Below are positions 38,610-49,573 of a stretch of 52,227 nt of DNA, in pieces. The DNA is taken from assembly GCA_043747615.1 (NCBI GenBank), contig JAYTOU010000079.1, positions 1-52,227 on the forward strand, written 5' to 3'. The notes below the pieces were generated by a model. The model had not been told where the DNA came from. It did not search any database and saw only the letters and a program-made list of their open reading frames with translations. Source of the stretch: Myxococcales bacterium. GTDB lineage: Bacteria > Myxococcota_A > Polyangia > Polyangiales > Polyangiaceae. The translations under genes were made by a program, and so were the position numbers. Positions within the stretch are counted from its first letter, which is position 1; each line of letters begins with the position of its first letter.

Positions 38610-38808
38610 AGCGAGAGCCCAACTCCTACCACGGTGTTGGTAAAGCGCCGAGAGCACCCCGCCGCTACGCTTTTCAAGCCCACCGGAAAGAGCGGGCGAT
38701 AGGATCTCGCGCATCGTGGGATTCCCGAACCTGCTCGCGCTCGTCGACACCATCGTCGACCAGCGGAGCCACGTTGATCGCGGAACGCGAGCCTTCGGTC
38801 CGGAACGA

Positions 38809-39413
38809 ATGACACGAAGCGGCTTGGCCGTTTGTGTCTGCTCTCTTCGCTCACCAGTTGCAGCCGCGGAACGGCAGCTCTGGACGCCGGCGCTTTGCCT
38901 GAGGTCCCGAGAGGGCACTCAACGCCGGGCGCTGTCGTTCGCGTGGCTGATCTTGCTCATCGGGCTGCGACGGCATTGCCTCGAGCAGGCTTGGGCCTGC
39001 GCCTCTAACCCACGCTGCCCGCTACCTGGCCTCCTGCATCGCCAGAGCTCGAGTGGTGTGCGTACGAGAGCACCCCTTTGCCGGCCGGCATCATCGCCTA
39101 CGAAGTGAGAGGCCCTCTTCACGAGGTGTTGACGCTGCCTGACGGGGAGCCCCGAGCGGCTGCCGTCGCCGACGGCAAGGACCTGGGGCGCGAGGCAGAC
39201 GGCCTCGGGGACACGTCCGATTTGCGATCCGCGGAGCAGGCGCTGGTCGACGTCGTGTTTGGCCGCCGCTCGCCCGAAGCGGCGCGAGCCGATCTCGCGC
39301 CCTACTCCCGTTGGGCCACCGCATCTTCCCCAATCGGCGCGGACGTGCGCCGCCGAAAACCGGACCTCTTTCGCTGGTTGGATGCGGTAAAGCCAGCGCT
39401 TGGGGGGCGGTGA
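38809..39413 (+). pseudogene. Possible decayed lipoprotein gene
   Basis: One frame reads [15 protein letters not shown] (lipobox-like)...GLRL*PTLPATWPP...FRWL, with an in-frame TAA at 39006-39008; the nearest ATG (38809) is out of frame. Confidence 0.35.
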
Positions 39414-39614
39414 GCGCGAAGTCTTTTTGGTTGGAGATGGCGGCGCCAACGGGGCGCATGCTGCGCGCGCCGACGCGGGGGGCGTCGTGTCTTGTGCTGT
39501 CGCCACGAGATCGACCGTGTCCGCCTCTCTCAGTGGGTCGCCGGATGCCTCGGTGCGAAGAACGTCTTCGCGACGGTGCTTGCATGCGCCGCCGCGCTTC
39601 GCGATCCTTGGCGC

Positions 39615-40367
39615 GTGACCACCCGACGATCCGGCGAGCCCTGGGAGCTCTACTACTGGCCGAACATCCAGGGCCGTGGCGAGCTGATACGCCTGGCGCT
39701 CGAGGATGCCGGCGCGCGTTACATCGACGTCGCGCGCCTCTCGAAAAAGGAGGGCGGCGGCATCCAGGCGCTCCTCGCGATCTTGGGTCGGGAGGCGAGC
39801 CCCGTCACGCCGTTCGCGCCGCCCATCCTCAAGGTCGGGCGCCTCGTGCTCTCGCAGACATCGAACATCCTCCAGGTGATCGCGCCGCGCCTCGGCCTCG
39901 TCCCCAAAGACGAAGCGAGCCGCATCGCCGCGCATCAACTGCAACTCACGATCGCGGACTTCCTCTCCGAGGTCCACGAGACGCATCATCCGATCGCCAC
40001 CGCCCTCTACTACGAGGACCAAAAGCCGGAAGCGAAGAAGCGGGCAAGGCATTTCGCCGAGGATCGCATCCCGAAATTTCTCGGCTACTTCGAGCGCGTG
40101 CTCGCCGCGAACCGAAAGAGCAAGGGTCGGTACGCCGTCGGAAGAGCCGCGTCCTACGTCGATCTGTCGCTCTTCCAGATCATGCTCGGGCTGGCCTACG
40201 CGTTCCCACGAGCGCTCGGTCGTATCGAGAAGAAGCTCCCGCTGCTGATGGCGCTGCGCGATCGGGTCGCTGCTAGACCTAGACTCGCGGCCTATTTGGC
40301 ATCGGAGCGGAGGCTTGGTTGGAACGAGGACGATCTCTTTCGCCGCTATCCGGAGCTCGACGCCTAA
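39615..40367 (+). CDS. Glutathione S-transferase
   Basis: LYYWPNIQGRGELIRLAL, FAPPIL, SQTSNIL, YVDLSLFQ. GTG start inferred. Confidence 0.9.
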   Translation: MTTRRSGEPWELYYWPNIQGRGELIRLALEDAGARYIDVARLSKKEGGGIQALLAILGREASPVTPFAPPILKVGRLVLSQTSNILQVIAPRLGLVPKDEASRIAAHQLQLTIADFLSEVHETHHPIATALYYEDQKPEAKKRARHFAEDRIPKFLGYFERVLAANRKSKGRYAVGRAASYVDLSLFQIMLGLAYAFPRALGRIEKKLPLLMALRDRVAARPRLAAYLASERRLGWNEDDLFRRYPELDA

Positions 40368-40424
40368 CGCGAGACGCGAGACGCAGCGCGTTCGCCAGGG
40401 TACGGTCTGTCGCAGGGAGACGAG

Positions 40425-40753
40425 ATGAGCGACTACTACAATCCGGATCACTTAGGACGCTTCGCGGAGATGGGCAAAGACGCACCCGAGCTCTGGCAGA
40501 AATTCCACGCGTGGTACTCGGCCGTCTTCGCCGAAGGAGCCCTGACCGAGCGCGAAAAGTCGCTCATCGCGCTCGGCGTAGCGCACGCCGTGCAGTGTCC
40601 GTACTGCATCGACGCGTACAGCAAGACGTGCCTGGAGAAGGGGGCTGACGCGCAGCAGATGACCGAGGCAGTTCACGCGGCGGCGGCCATCCGCGGCGGA
40701 GCGTCGCTCGTCCACGGCGTCCAGATGCGAGACCACGTGCACAAGGTCGCGAT

Positions 40754-40757
<4 letters not shown>
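40425..40757 (+). CDS. AhpD/CMD-family peroxidase-like protein of ArsS clusters (TIGR04169-like)
   Basis: GALTEREKSLIAL...VQCPYCIDAY...GGASLVHGVQM; stop overlaps the arsS start. Confidence 0.88.
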
Positions 40758-41799
<1,042 letters not shown>

Positions 41800-41803
<4 letters not shown>

Positions 41804-42675
41804 GCGGGTCCACGCTTGCTGTCCTCGGAGGGAGCGGGCTCTACACGATGCCGGGCCTCGAGGACGTGAGGGAGCAGCGGGTGGTCACGCCCTTCGGCGA
41901 GCCGTCCGACGCTATCGTCTCTGCGCGGCTGGGCGAGGCGCGCCTCCTCTTTCTCCCGAGACACGGGCGGGACCACCGCATCGCGGCGCATGAAGTGAAC
42001 TACCGTGCGAACATCTATGCGCTCAAGCTCCTGGGAGCGACGCACGTGCTCAGCGTCTCTGCCGTCGGGTCGCTCCGCGAGGACATCGCCCCCGGTGACG
42101 TGGTGCTCGTGGATCAATACGTCGACCGTACCCAGGGTCGAAAAAAGACGTTCTTCGAAGGCTGCGGCGTAGTGGTCCACGCGGGCTTCGCCGACCCCGT
42201 CGATGCACGGCTCCGTGGCGTAGCGCTCGAAGCCGCGGGTCGCGTCGGCGCGCGCACCCACGACGGCGGCACGTACCTGTGTATCGACGGACCTCAGTTC
42301 TCGACACGCGCGGAGTCCCGCCTGCACCGCGCCTGGGGCCTCGACGTGATCGGGATGACGAACCTCCCCGAGGCGCGCCTCGCCCGCGAAGCGGAGCTCC
42401 CGTATGCGTCGCTCTGCATGGTCACGGACTACGACGTGTGGCACGCGACGGAGGCGCCCGTCGAGGTCGCACGGGTCATCGCGCTGCTTCGCGGGAACGC
42501 GGAGCTTGCCGCCCGCATCGTGCGCGCCATCGCGGGATGCGGTTTTGATCCGTCGTCGAGCCCTGCAACGCACGCGCTCGATACGGCGCTGCTCACGCCG
42601 CTCCGCGCGATCGACGCCGCCGCAAAAGTGCAGCTGGGGATTCTCCTCGCAAGGGTCCTCGAGCAGAAGGCGTAG
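41800..42675 (+). CDS. mtnP: S-methyl-5'-thioadenosine phosphorylase-family nucleoside phosphorylase
   Basis: GGSGLY, TPFGEPS, PRHG, NYRANI, SAVGSL, GPQFSTRAES, GMTNLPE, VTDYD; GTG overlaps the arsS TGA. Confidence 0.9.
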
Positions 42676-42682
42676 CCGCCGG

Positions 42683-43381
42683 TCACCGCAGATCGGCGTA
42701 GAGGCGCGCCAGCTTCTTCGCCGGGACGCCGACCATGAAGAGCGCTTGGATGACGACCCACGAGACAAGAGCGCGGAAGGGGCGTTTGTCGAACCGCCGC
42801 GCGCTCGCGTGAACCTCCACGTCGCGGACGTAGACGGTCTTGCCCCGACGCTCCAGGCGGCGAATGAACTCGTAGTCTTCCAGGATGGGAAGCGCACCAA
42901 AGCCTCCGAGATCGTCGTAGATGGCGCGGCGCACGAAGATGGCCGAGTCGCCGTAGTAGATGCGCAGCCATCGTCTTCTCACGTGGTTGGCCCAGGTGAA
43001 GAAGCGCGCGATCCTTCCTTCAGGAACGAACCGAAGATAAAAATTACCACCGACCACGCGGGGGTCTGCGAGCGCATGGACGATGGCCTCCCGCGCCCCC
43101 TTGCCGAGCATCGCGTCTGCGTGGAGGAAGAGGAGCACGTCGCCGCGGGCAGCGAGCGCCCCCGCATGCAGCTGCGGACCGCGCCCTCGCCCCGCCATAC
43201 GGATGACGAGCGCCCCCGCCTGCTCGGCGAGGTCCGCGGTGGCGTCGGGGCTTCCCGCGTCGACGACGATGACCTCGTCGGCAAGAGGGAGAGCGCGCCG
43301 CACGCATTCGGCGATGGCTTCCGCCTCGCGCCACGCGGGGATGACGATCGAAAGCCGTGGCGAGCGAGCAACGTCAGCCAT
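42683..43381 (-). CDS. GT2 glycosyltransferase of ArsS clusters (TIGR04283-like)
   Basis: SIVIPAWRE, VVDAGSPD, LLFLHAD, YGDSAIF, LEDYE, SARRF. Confidence 0.88.
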   Translation of the reverse strand: MADVARSPRLSIVIPAWREAEAIAECVRRALPLADEVIVVDAGSPDATADLAEQAGALVIRMAGRGRGPQLHAGALAARGDVLLFLHADAMLGKGAREAIVHALADPRVVGGNFYLRFVPEGRIARFFTWANHVRRRWLRIYYGDSAIFVRRAIYDDLGGFGALPILEDYEFIRRLERRGKTVYVRDVEVHASARRFDKRPFRALVSWVVIQALFMVGVPAKKLARLYADLR

Positions 43382-44042
43382 CGAGCGTCCGTCCGTCGAT
43401 TGCCTCGAGTGCGCGCGCAGTCGCAGGGGCAGTCACCTGACGTTGCCGGAGGAGATCGCGAAGGTGGTCGAGATCTTCGATCTCGTCGACGTCGAACCAC
43501 GGATCGAGCCGGGTGATCGGTACACCAACGTCGGTGAGGGCGCGCTCGGTGTCGGCGTGCGCGCTCGAGGTGCTCCAGCGAACGCGGGCGAGCGTCCCCG
43601 GCGCGAGGGCGCTCACTCCGAGCAAGTAGAAGCCTCCGTCGCGGCAGGGGCCGAGCGCCGCGGCCGGGGACGCACAGCCGACGAGCGCGTCGACGGCCGA
43701 GCAAACGAGCGTGGCCGGCATCCCTGGCGAGTCAGCGCCGAGCGCGATCGCCCACGGGTGATCTGCGAGTGCGCGGCCGAGCACTCGCTCGAGGCGAGCG
43801 CCGAGATCTCCGTCCCCTTGCAGCGTCGTGGCGATCCCTTTCGATTGCCAGCACGCCGGCGCCGCGTCGTCGAAGGCGATCACCACGGAGGCCGATGGAA
43901 TCGTCGTCGCAAGAGCCACGGTGTCCTCGATGAAAGCCTCGGCCAGCGCGACGGCGCTCGCGTCGCCGAGCGACTTCGCGAGTCGCGTCTTTACGTGGCC
44001 AGCCCGCGGCACCTTGGCGAAGATGCAGATCACCCCGTTCAT
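43374..44042 (-). CDS. CofC-like / DUF2064 protein of ArsS clusters (TIGR04282-like)
   Basis: IFAKVPRAGHVKTRL, QGDGDLGARL, GADSP, LGPCRDGGFYL, WS, FDVDEIEDL. Confidence 0.88.
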   Translation of the reverse strand: MNGVICIFAKVPRAGHVKTRLAKSLGDASAVALAEAFIEDTVALATTIPSASVVIAFDDAAPACWQSKGIATTLQGDGDLGARLERVLGRALADHPWAIALGADSPGMPATLVCSAVDALVGCASPAAALGPCRDGGFYLLGVSALAPGTLARVRWSTSSAHADTERALTDVGVPITRLDPWFDVDEIEDLDHLRDLLRQRQVTAPATARALEAIDGRTLDG

Positions 44043-44845
44043 GGTCGGAGCTCCTTCGCGGCGATCGGCGCGCGCGAGGCCGGCAGCAAGAGCGCGCGGC
44101 CCAGCGTGAGCGCGCTCGGATCGCGGATGTCGGGCAAGCCGATGCTGACGGCCACCTCGGCGGGGAGCCACCGATGCGTTTGGTGGGCGCGGTCCCAGAT
44201 GCTCGAGATGATCCCAAAGTTGGCGCTGACGTCCTCGGGCGCGGTGGAGTGATGGATTCCATGGAGGCGCGGAGTGACGACGGCGAAGCGCAGAAGGCGC
44301 TCGAGCGCAAAGGGCAGTCGGGTGTTGGAATGGTGGAATTGCACGAAGAGCAGATTCACGATTTCCCACGCGAGGAGAGGCTCGAGGTCGATCCCGAAAA
44401 CCGCCGCCTGCGCTGCGCGGAACGGCACCGACGCGAGCTGCTCGCCGAAGTGGAAGCGGAACGCCGTCGTCACGTCGAGATCGAGGTCCGAGTGGTGTGC
44501 CGCGTGGAAACGCCACAGGAACGGGACGCGGTGGTTCAGTCGGTGCCACGCCCAGAGCGTGTAATCGAGGAGGACGAAGGCGAGCGGCGGTCGAAGGACG
44601 GCTGGCACAGGGAGCCAGCGAAGGAGCCCGAGCCCGTGGCGCGCTGCGAAGCCCACGGCCGCAAAGACGACCGGGCCATACACGGCGCCCATGGCCGCCG
44701 CCGCCGTGACGGCAAACCCGGCGTTGATGAAGAGCCGACGCGAGCGCGACTGCGTAGCCCGGCGCAGGGGTCGCGCGTGCTCAACGACGAAGAGTACGAC
44801 GAAGGTCAGCGCCGCCGCGCCGCCAGCGAGCTCAGACGATTTCAT
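44039..44845 (-). CDS. Sterol desaturase / fatty-acid hydroxylase family membrane di-iron enzyme
   Basis: His boxes WHRLNH, FHAAHHS, FHHSN, LHGIHHS. Confidence 0.9.
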   Translation of the reverse strand: MKSSELAGGAAALTFVVLFVVEHARPLRRATQSRSRRLFINAGFAVTAAAAMGAVYGPVVFAAVGFAARHGLGLLRWLPVPAVLRPPLAFVLLDYTLWAWHRLNHRVPFLWRFHAAHHSDLDLDVTTAFRFHFGEQLASVPFRAAQAAVFGIDLEPLLAWEIVNLLFVQFHHSNTRLPFALERLLRFAVVTPRLHGIHHSTAPEDVSANFGIISSIWDRAHQTHRWLPAEVAVSIGLPDIRDPSALTLGRALLLPASRAPIAAKELRP

Positions 44846-46619
44846 CGGGAGTGAAGTCGCGCAGTGGTCCGCGGAACCCAAATACGAATTGGAGCAGCCG
44901 GGCGAACCTCCGCGAGCGCTTCCGCACGTACCACTGATCTGCCGCGCGGCGCACTCCCAGGCCGAGCGTCGGGTAGGGATGGATCGTGTCGGCGAGCTTC
45001 CGCAGGGTGACGCCGTTTCGCATCGCCACGGCGAGCTCGCAAATGAGATCGCCGGCGGAGCTGCCGAAGACCGTCGCGCCGAGGATCGTCCCCGTCGCTC
45101 GCGTCGCGAAGACCTTGATGAGGCCCGACGTACTGCCGTCGGTGATCGCACGATCGAGCTTGTCGTAGGGAAACCGGTACACCTCGAACGCGACGCCCGC
45201 CTTGGCGAGCTCGGCTTCGGAGGCGCCGACGCGGGCCAGCTCTGGATCGGTAAAGGTGCACCAAGAGACGTTGCGAACGTCGATCCTGGACGGGAGCTTC
45301 AGCATGACATTCGTGGCCGCCACCTTCGCCATGTGCTCGGACATGTGGGTCAGCTGGTATCGACCGGTGACGTCGCCGCAGGCGAAGATGTGGTGCGCGC
45401 TCGTCCGGCATCGATCATCGACCACGATCCCTTGCGCCTCATAGGCTACGCCGGCCTCTTCCAGCCCGAGCCCTTCGAGGTTTGGAAGCCGGCCCGCCGC
45501 CACCAAGACGGCGTCGGTGACGACCGTGTGCGCGTGGCCCGCCATGTCGAGCGTGACGCGAAGGGCGTCGCCCTCCTTCGCGACGCGCGTGGCGCGTGCA
45601 CCCAGGAAGAACGTGACTCCTTCGGCCTTGAGCTCGCGAAGGAGGAGCGCCGATAGCTCGGGATCATCTTTCGGCAGGAGGCGAGCGCCTTTCTGCACGA
45701 CGGTGACTTTGGCGCCGAGGCGCCCCGAGGCCTGCGCAAGCTCGCTCCCGATGGGACCACCGCCCAGGATGAGGAGCCGCTTTGGGAGCTCGGGGAGCTC
45801 GAAGATCGTCTCGCTCGTGAGGTAGGGCGCGTCCTCGATGCCCGCGATCTCCGGGATCCGAGGGCGCCCGCCGGTGGCCACGATGATGAAGCGGCTGCGG
45901 ACCCGCTCCTCGCTGCCGGTTGCGCCGGTGATGGCGATCACGCGTGGATCGACGAATCGCGCTAGGCCGGAGCGAACCTCGATTCCCATCCCCTCGAAGA
46001 GGGACGGAGAGTCGGCGTGCTCGTAGACGCGTTGGCGTACGGAGCGCACGTGCTCCATGAGCGCTCGCGAATCGATCGCCGGATCCGCGTCGGAGAGCCC
46101 GTAACGACTGGCGTGGCGCCGTTCGTGCGCGACCTTCGCCGCCTTGAGCAGCGTCTTGCTCGGAATGCAGCCGGTCCAGGTGCAGTCGCCGCCGAGCTTC
46201 GCCTGCTCGATGAGGAGCGTCTTCGCGCCGAAGCTCGCGCAGATCCCCGCAGCCGTGAGACCGGCCGCGCCGCCGCCGATGACGACGACGTCGAAGTCCG
46301 GCTCGGCCCCATCGATCCCTCGAATCACCTTTCGCACCGTGGACGCGATTCCCGTGAGGACCATCGCCGCGAGGAGCGCGATCGCCCACGGCGGCACGTG
46401 TCGGCCGGCCACGATCAGATACACGTACGCGGAAACGAAGAACGACGACGCGCTGAGGAACAGCAGCAAGACCGACTTTTTCCTGCGTCCGTTTCGTATG
46501 AGCCAGCCGACCGAGAGCATGAAGAACGGAATGGCGCCGACGTAGATCGCTCCGAAGACGACCGGATTGACTCCGTACCTGATGCCGAGCCCGAAGAACC
46601 ACTCTCGAATCGCTTCCAT
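44832..46619 (-). CDS. Class I pyridine nucleotide-disulfide oxidoreductase (Lpd/MerA-like) with N-terminal membrane domain
   Basis: About 100-aa hydrophobic N-terminus; IGGGAAG, GGDCTWTGCIPSK, GGGPIG, FACGD, FTDPE, IHPYPT. Confidence 0.9.
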   Translation of the reverse strand: MEAIREWFFGLGIRYGVNPVVFGAIYVGAIPFFMLSVGWLIRNGRRKKSVLLLFLSASSFFVSAYVYLIVAGRHVPPWAIALLAAMVLTGIASTVRKVIRGIDGAEPDFDVVVIGGGAAGLTAAGICASFGAKTLLIEQAKLGGDCTWTGCIPSKTLLKAAKVAHERRHASRYGLSDADPAIDSRALMEHVRSVRQRVYEHADSPSLFEGMGIEVRSGLARFVDPRVIAITGATGSEERVRSRFIIVATGGRPRIPEIAGIEDAPYLTSETIFELPELPKRLLILGGGPIGSELAQASGRLGAKVTVVQKGARLLPKDDPELSALLLRELKAEGVTFFLGARATRVAKEGDALRVTLDMAGHAHTVVTDAVLVAAGRLPNLEGLGLEEAGVAYEAQGIVVDDRCRTSAHHIFACGDVTGRYQLTHMSEHMAKVAATNVMLKLPSRIDVRNVSWCTFTDPELARVGASEAELAKAGVAFEVYRFPYDKLDRAITDGSTSGLIKVFATRATGTILGATVFGSSAGDLICELAVAMRNGVTLRKLADTIHPYPTLGLGVRRAADQWYVRKRSRRFARLLQFVFGFRGPLRDFTPDEIV

Positions 46620-47013
46620 GAGGCCTCGCGACCCGGAGGAGTACGACGCGATCGACGAGCGGGGTAGGAGAATCGCGTTCCAACGGCGATCCGTCAGCCG
46701 GTTCCCTCGCTTCGGTGCGCGTCTGCCGCGCGCGACGTCGGAGGCGAGCCTTCGCCGCTCCCTTCGCTCACGCAGGCGTAAAAGCCCGCGATGATTGGTT
46801 TGCGCTCCCGTTGGTCAACCGTGTCACGGCGCACAAGCTCATCACGTCGCTCTCGTTGGGGTCACCTCGCCGAAGCGCCGCACGAGCGCGGCAGCGACGC
46901 ATTGGAGCGACGGGGCGTGCGCCTCGACGGCGGCGAGCTGGAGGCGCAGAGCGTCGGCGAGCGACATGTCCCGACGAAGCACTTTCGGTCGCGCCGCACG
47001 CACGCTCACCCTG

Positions 47014-47847
47014 CTAGTTCAGGAAGCGTTTGTCCTTGGGGGGGCGGCGCTTCTTCAGCTCGTCTTCGAGGCCGCCGCTGACGACGCGGAGCGAGGGACC
47101 ACTGCCGCGCCGCCGCGGAGGGGGCTTCAGGAGCGGCTGAATGGCTACGTTTCCGGAGCCTCGGCGAAGGAGAGCGAGCTTCATCTGCAGGTACAAGGAG
47201 CGCAGGACGGAAGGCGTACCGCCGAGAAGAACACCCACGAGGACCCCACCGAACGGAGAGAAGACTCCTGCGGGCGATCCACCGGGGAAAATCACGCCGA
47301 GGACGCAGAAGCCGATCGTGAGCCAAAAGAGCTGCTTGCCGGTGACCGGGAGAAAGAAGAAGAGCCGAACCTGCATGTCCGCGTTCATCTTCGACCAAGC
47401 GATCGCGACCGCCGCGATGGCGGCCTGCGCGCCGAACATGCCTCCCGGGTGGAACGCGGCGATGCCCGGCGGCACCAGCTTATCGAGGACGATCGACAGC
47501 GAAAAACCAGCCGCGACACTCAGGAGGAGGAATCGGACGAATCTGCCCGAGCCCCAACGACGCTCCAGATCGGGCGAAAGAAAGTAGAGCCCCATCAGCG
47601 TAAAAAGAAGGGGCCCGAGCGCTTCCGGGCTGGTCAGCACCCCGGCCGTGACGAGGCGCCAGATTTCGCCGTGCAGAACCTTGTCTGGCACGCAGATAAA
47701 GTTAGCGAAGAATCCCGCTGCTCCGGCGTAGTTGACGAGGATGGCCTCGAGAATGCCGAATCCGCCCAACAAGATGAGGATCGCCTTGAGCGCCCGGCCT
47801 GGGCGGGGGAACGCCATCGAAGCCTGGCCCTGACCATCCATGCCCAT
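47014..47847 (-). CDS. Rhomboid-family membrane protein, probably catalytically inactive
   Basis: GEIWRLVTA, LERRWG, multiple TMs; GAQA and SPFGG in place of GxSG and AHxGG. Confidence 0.75.
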   Translation of the reverse strand: MGMDGQGQASMAFPRPGRALKAILILLGGFGILEAILVNYAGAAGFFANFICVPDKVLHGEIWRLVTAGVLTSPEALGPLLFTLMGLYFLSPDLERRWGSGRFVRFLLLSVAAGFSLSIVLDKLVPPGIAAFHPGGMFGAQAAIAAVAIAWSKMNADMQVRLFFFLPVTGKQLFWLTIGFCVLGVIFPGGSPAGVFSPFGGVLVGVLLGGTPSVLRSLYLQMKLALLRRGSGNVAIQPLLKPPPRRRGSGPSLRVVSGGLEDELKKRRPPKDKRFLN

Positions 47848-47880
47848 TCACTCTAGTGACGGGGGATCACCCCCGCAAGG

Positions 47881-48684
47881 CTAGCGGAGGGGAGGGCAGG
47901 TGGGAGTCGACGGCAGCCCGGGGGACGTCTGTCCGCGGCAGGTCGTGCTTCCGACGGCGGCGTCGCCCGCTGCGACGTTGACCTGTAGCGTGTAATCCGC
48001 CGGAGCGAGCGCAGGATCGACGACGAGCGCGGTTGGGCAGATGACCGTCCCTGCATCGAGCGACTGGCCATTGAACATGGCGACGGCGCGGACCGTGTCG
48101 TACACGCCGCATTTCGCGAGCCCGCCATCTGCACCGACGAAAGACTCGGTAAGGAGCTGAATCGACGCGTTAGACTGCATGGGCCCGGCGGCAGGCACGG
48201 TGAGCGGCCCGCAAACCGCAAGCACCTCGATGTCTTGCTGCTGCGAGGCTACGCAGTCCGTCGTCCAGGTTGCCTTCAGCTTTGCCAGCAGGGCGATGTC
48301 GGCGCGGTTCGCCGCAAGTTCGATCGCGCTGGATTGCGCACGGTAGGCGGCGGAGTTGAAGGCGGCGATCACGACCTTGAAGGAGAAGCTTCCCCCGTCC
48401 GTAGCGGCGAGATTCACGAAGGTGCCGTCCGCGAAACAATCGTAGGTCGCGCCCGCCACCGCGACGTCGTCGCCGTTGAGGACGATCGCCGCGTACTTAA
48501 AGATCTGCGTCGCGCCGAGGCCGCATCCTTTGTCGACCACCAACTGTTCAGAGCGAATGATGATCCCGGTCACGGGCGAGATCGTCGGGGCGACCGTGGT
48601 CGCGGCGCAAGCCAGCAACGCTTCGGCAGCGGCAAAGGAGGCCGCGGAAGCGACGACGGCGAAAATGGCGAACGAGCGACGCAC
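47881..48684 (-). CDS. Cys-rich lipoprotein of unknown function
   Basis: Signal peptide ending LLAC; paired Cys throughout. Confidence 0.72.
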   Translation of the reverse strand: MRRSFAIFAVVASAASFAAAEALLACAATTVAPTISPVTGIIIRSEQLVVDKGCGLGATQIFKYAAIVLNGDDVAVAGATYDCFADGTFVNLAATDGGSFSFKVVIAAFNSAAYRAQSSAIELAANRADIALLAKLKATWTTDCVASQQQDIEVLAVCGPLTVPAAGPMQSNASIQLLTESFVGADGGLAKCGVYDTVRAVAMFNGQSLDAGTVICPTALVVDPALAPADYTLQVNVAAGDAAVGSTTCRGQTSPGLPSTPTCPPLR

Positions 48685-48825
48685 GGGATCTGGCGGGTTT
48701 TACGCGCTTTGGAGGGACGCCACAATCAGAACCCTACGGCGCGGGTCCGTTTGACATGCCCGGCTCCTTCGCGGGATGGTGCCCTTCGGCTGGTTGGGAC
48801 CAGGCAAAATCCCGAGGAAGCACGC

Positions 48826-49569
48826 ATGCAAATGGTCAATTTGGAGTCGCTCTTCGTCTCGTTGCAGGCCGGTGGCTCCGGCGCCGCGCCAGGAGCGTCC
48901 GATGCTCCGCAGCTCGACCCCGTTCAACTCGTCCTCCACGCGTCGATTCCGGTGAAGAGCGTCCTCGTCATCCTGCTCGTTTTTTCCATCGCCTGCTGGC
49001 TCGTGATCGGCGCGAAGGTGCTGCATCTGCGGCGTGCGCGCTCGGAGTCGGAAAAGTTCATCAAGTCGTTCGACGCCGCGACCTCCTTCGATGCGCTCGC
49101 CCAGGGGTTGGCTGCGTTCCGAGGGTCGCCGTTCGCGCGAATTTTCGCCGTCGGGTACGACGAGATGACTCGCTTGAACGGTGGGCAGCGCGTGAAACTG
49201 AACGAAGCCGAATCAACGCACATCGAGAGCGTCACTCGGCGCGCAGCGATGAGAGAGGTGACCCACCTCGAGTCCTGGATGAGCCTCCTCGGCACGATCG
49301 GATCGACGGCGCCCTTCATCGGCCTCTTCGGCACGGTCTACGGAATCATGGATGCGTTCCTGAGCATCGGAAATCAGCAAAACGCAAACCTTCCGGTGGT
49401 CGCCCCGAAAATCGCCGAAGCGCTGATCGCAACGGCCGTCGGGCTAGTTGCGGCGATTCCCAGCGTCATGGCCTACAACTACTTTGCGCGCCGCGTACAG
49501 CAGCTCGCCGACACTCTCGAAGGCTTCGCCGCCGACGTGGCTGCGCGCGCGAAGCTCGGGGGGATCTGA
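48826..49569 (+). CDS. tolQ: TolQ/ExbB proton channel protein
   Basis: GSTAPFIGLFGTVYGIM, IAEALIATAVGLVAAIPSV. Confidence 0.92.
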   Translation: MQMVNLESLFVSLQAGGSGAAPGASDAPQLDPVQLVLHASIPVKSVLVILLVFSIACWLVIGAKVLHLRRARSESEKFIKSFDAATSFDALAQGLAAFRGSPFARIFAVGYDEMTRLNGGQRVKLNEAESTHIESVTRRAAMREVTHLESWMSLLGTIGSTAPFIGLFGTVYGIMDAFLSIGNQQNANLPVVAPKIAEALIATAVGLVAAIPSVMAYNYFARRVQQLADTLEGFAADVAARAKLGGI

Positions 49570-49573
49570 GCGC

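Noticed and set aside
44832..46619. Calling this merA
   Set aside because: No C-terminal Cys-Cys pair, no NmerA domain and no mer genes nearby.
46845..47010. About 55-codon minus-strand ORF (..MSLADALRLQLAAVEAH..) after the rhomboid
   Set aside because: Short, with no recognisable motif; cannot be supported.
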